NCBI GenBank assembly: GCA_054661495.1
Contig: BAAFSQ010000323.1
Coordinates: 1 to 10,502 of the forward strand
Length of the DNA stretch: 10,502 bases
Direction: 5' to 3'
Origin: Zygophlyctis sp. KS116
Lineage: Eukaryota > Fungi > Chytridiomycota
The translations under genes were made by a program, and so were the position numbers. Position 1 is the stretch's first letter; the number at the start of each line of letters is the position of its first letter. The notes beneath the pieces are model-generated. The model searched no databases. It was not told where the DNA came from and saw only the letters and a list, made by a program, of their open reading frames with translations. Positions 9,317 through 10,502 of this stretch are shown here, one piece after another.

Positions 9317-10502
9317 TTAAATGACGTATTTCCCCTTTTTTTCGCCCATTAGGCCCATCAATGCAATATCCAAAGAATTTTTAGATACTTTAGAATCTGA
9401 GAATGCAGATAAGAAACAGCGAGCACCTAGACGAGCTTTTTGCGTGGGGGTGCTCTCCCTACGTAATGACGAGCTGGGTGGCCTTGGTATTGTAAACGCG
9501 GTGGTTCCACGAGAAGTTGAATAGCTTGTTTTCGCCCTGAGAGGTTGTTGCTGAGTGATATGCTGGATTTTCGAGGTACCATGGCTGGTGAATGCCACTT
9601 TGCTACGAAGAATCTGATAATCATCATAATTACTGCTGGAATCCCATGGTGAAAGATCAACTTCGTTCTTGCACTTCCCCGAATCCTTTACAAAAGGCAT
9701 TTGATCTCCTAGAGATTTAAGATGAGGGATTTTCTTCTCGGTTTGAAGGCGATTTTCAGGGCATACAAGATGCTCCACAAATGAATTCTGTCTAACAATC
9801 TTTTTTGAATTTAAATTGCGAAGCCTATCTTTAACTAACTGATTCATACCAAGCTTTTATGTCTGCCTTGTCGCCATCTCCCCTATTTTTTGCTTGAAAT
9901 ATGGCCAATAATACATCTAGACGATTGATTTGAGCACAACGATCATATGGCCTAGGTAAGATTCCTAATTCTATCATTTTATTCTTCAGCTTCTCGCTAT
10001 TATCAATACCGAATCGGGCTAACGATGTCATAGAGGCTTTAACAACATCGGGGAACTTATCATCTAATGCTAGGATAAGCGCATGGATTATATCATTTTG
10101 TCTAATTGAAAACGCTTTAATTAGCAAAAAAGATTTACCGCCAAGATTTAGGCATATTTGCGCTCTCACTAGCGTACTAGGATCTTGTGTCATATCTAAA
10201 TGAGGACAAACGAAAATATTGTAAGCTAGCTGCTCCTGAAAGTCATGTTTGAAAGTTTCATATATGCAAATAATTTGCTTCGAAGCTGCACACTTATCAG
10301 AGTTATTTGAATTCCTGAAATTAATTAAAATAAGTTACCGCATTTGGTTAGTCAATTGCTCCAAAACTTGTACAATATTTAATGAAGTTTTTCTATCATG
10401 ACCCGGTCGAAAAGAATCACAAAATATTTTTTTAGCTACCTCGCCCGAAATCTCGGGAGACATTAAATCTGCAATTATTTTTTCATTGAAGCCAACTTCG
10501 CC
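9317..10502 (-). CDS. HEAT/ARM-repeat-containing protein, 3' part (start lies beyond the window)
   Basis: Exons 10502-10339, 10314-10139, 10114-9850, 9824-9317. Introns 10338-10315 (24 nt), 10138-10115 (24 nt, in-frame, inferred) and 9849-9825 (25 nt). HEAT-like repeats LDMTQDPSTLVRAQICLNLG and LILALDDKFPDVVKASMTSLARFG are followed by a Ser/Thr/Arg-rich low-complexity tail. Confidence 0.8.

Noticed and set aside
4477-9660. ORFs 4477-4722 (-), 7563-7811 (+), 7918-8148 (+), 9321-9524 (+) and 9427-9660 (-)
   Set aside because: Short antisense or alternative-frame ORFs overlapping better-supported genes.
179-10502. Fragmented ORFs read as pseudogenes, frameshifts, stop-codon reassignment or a prokaryotic operon
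   Set aside because: Every break is resolved by a phase-correct GT-AG intron. TAA/TAG terminate genes at expected positions, and the proteins (SCYL3, RGS) are eukaryotic.

Overview
AT-rich, very compact eukaryotic DNA read in the standard genetic code. The source is most plausibly a zoosporic fungus (chytrid or Rozella-like), which is an inference. The fragmented ORF track is explained by 22 very short GT-AG introns (24-32 nt, mean about 27 nt), which I traced by hand. Splicing them gives eight genes, listed here from window start to end: a probable unknown gene (only its 5' end is in the window, -), mitochondrial enoyl-CoA hydratase ECHS1 (-), the myristoylated pseudokinase SCYL3/PACE1 (-), a 595-aa hypothetical protein (+), a 114-aa basic AT-hook/SPKK protein missed by the ORF track (-), an RGS-domain protein with a ubiquitin-like N-terminus and four KLxxFFG-type motifs (-), an RNI-like LRR protein (-), and the 3' part of a HEAT-repeat protein (-). 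About 89% of the window is coding and intergenic gaps are 15-146 bp. The main points of interest are the tiny introns with a G|GTAAT-type donor that mostly lacks +5G, a CRE/ATF-like motif upstream of every start codon (twice inside the previous gene's last codons), and the H1-tail-like protein with an amphipathic C-terminus. I saw no RNA genes, mobile elements or CRISPR arrays.
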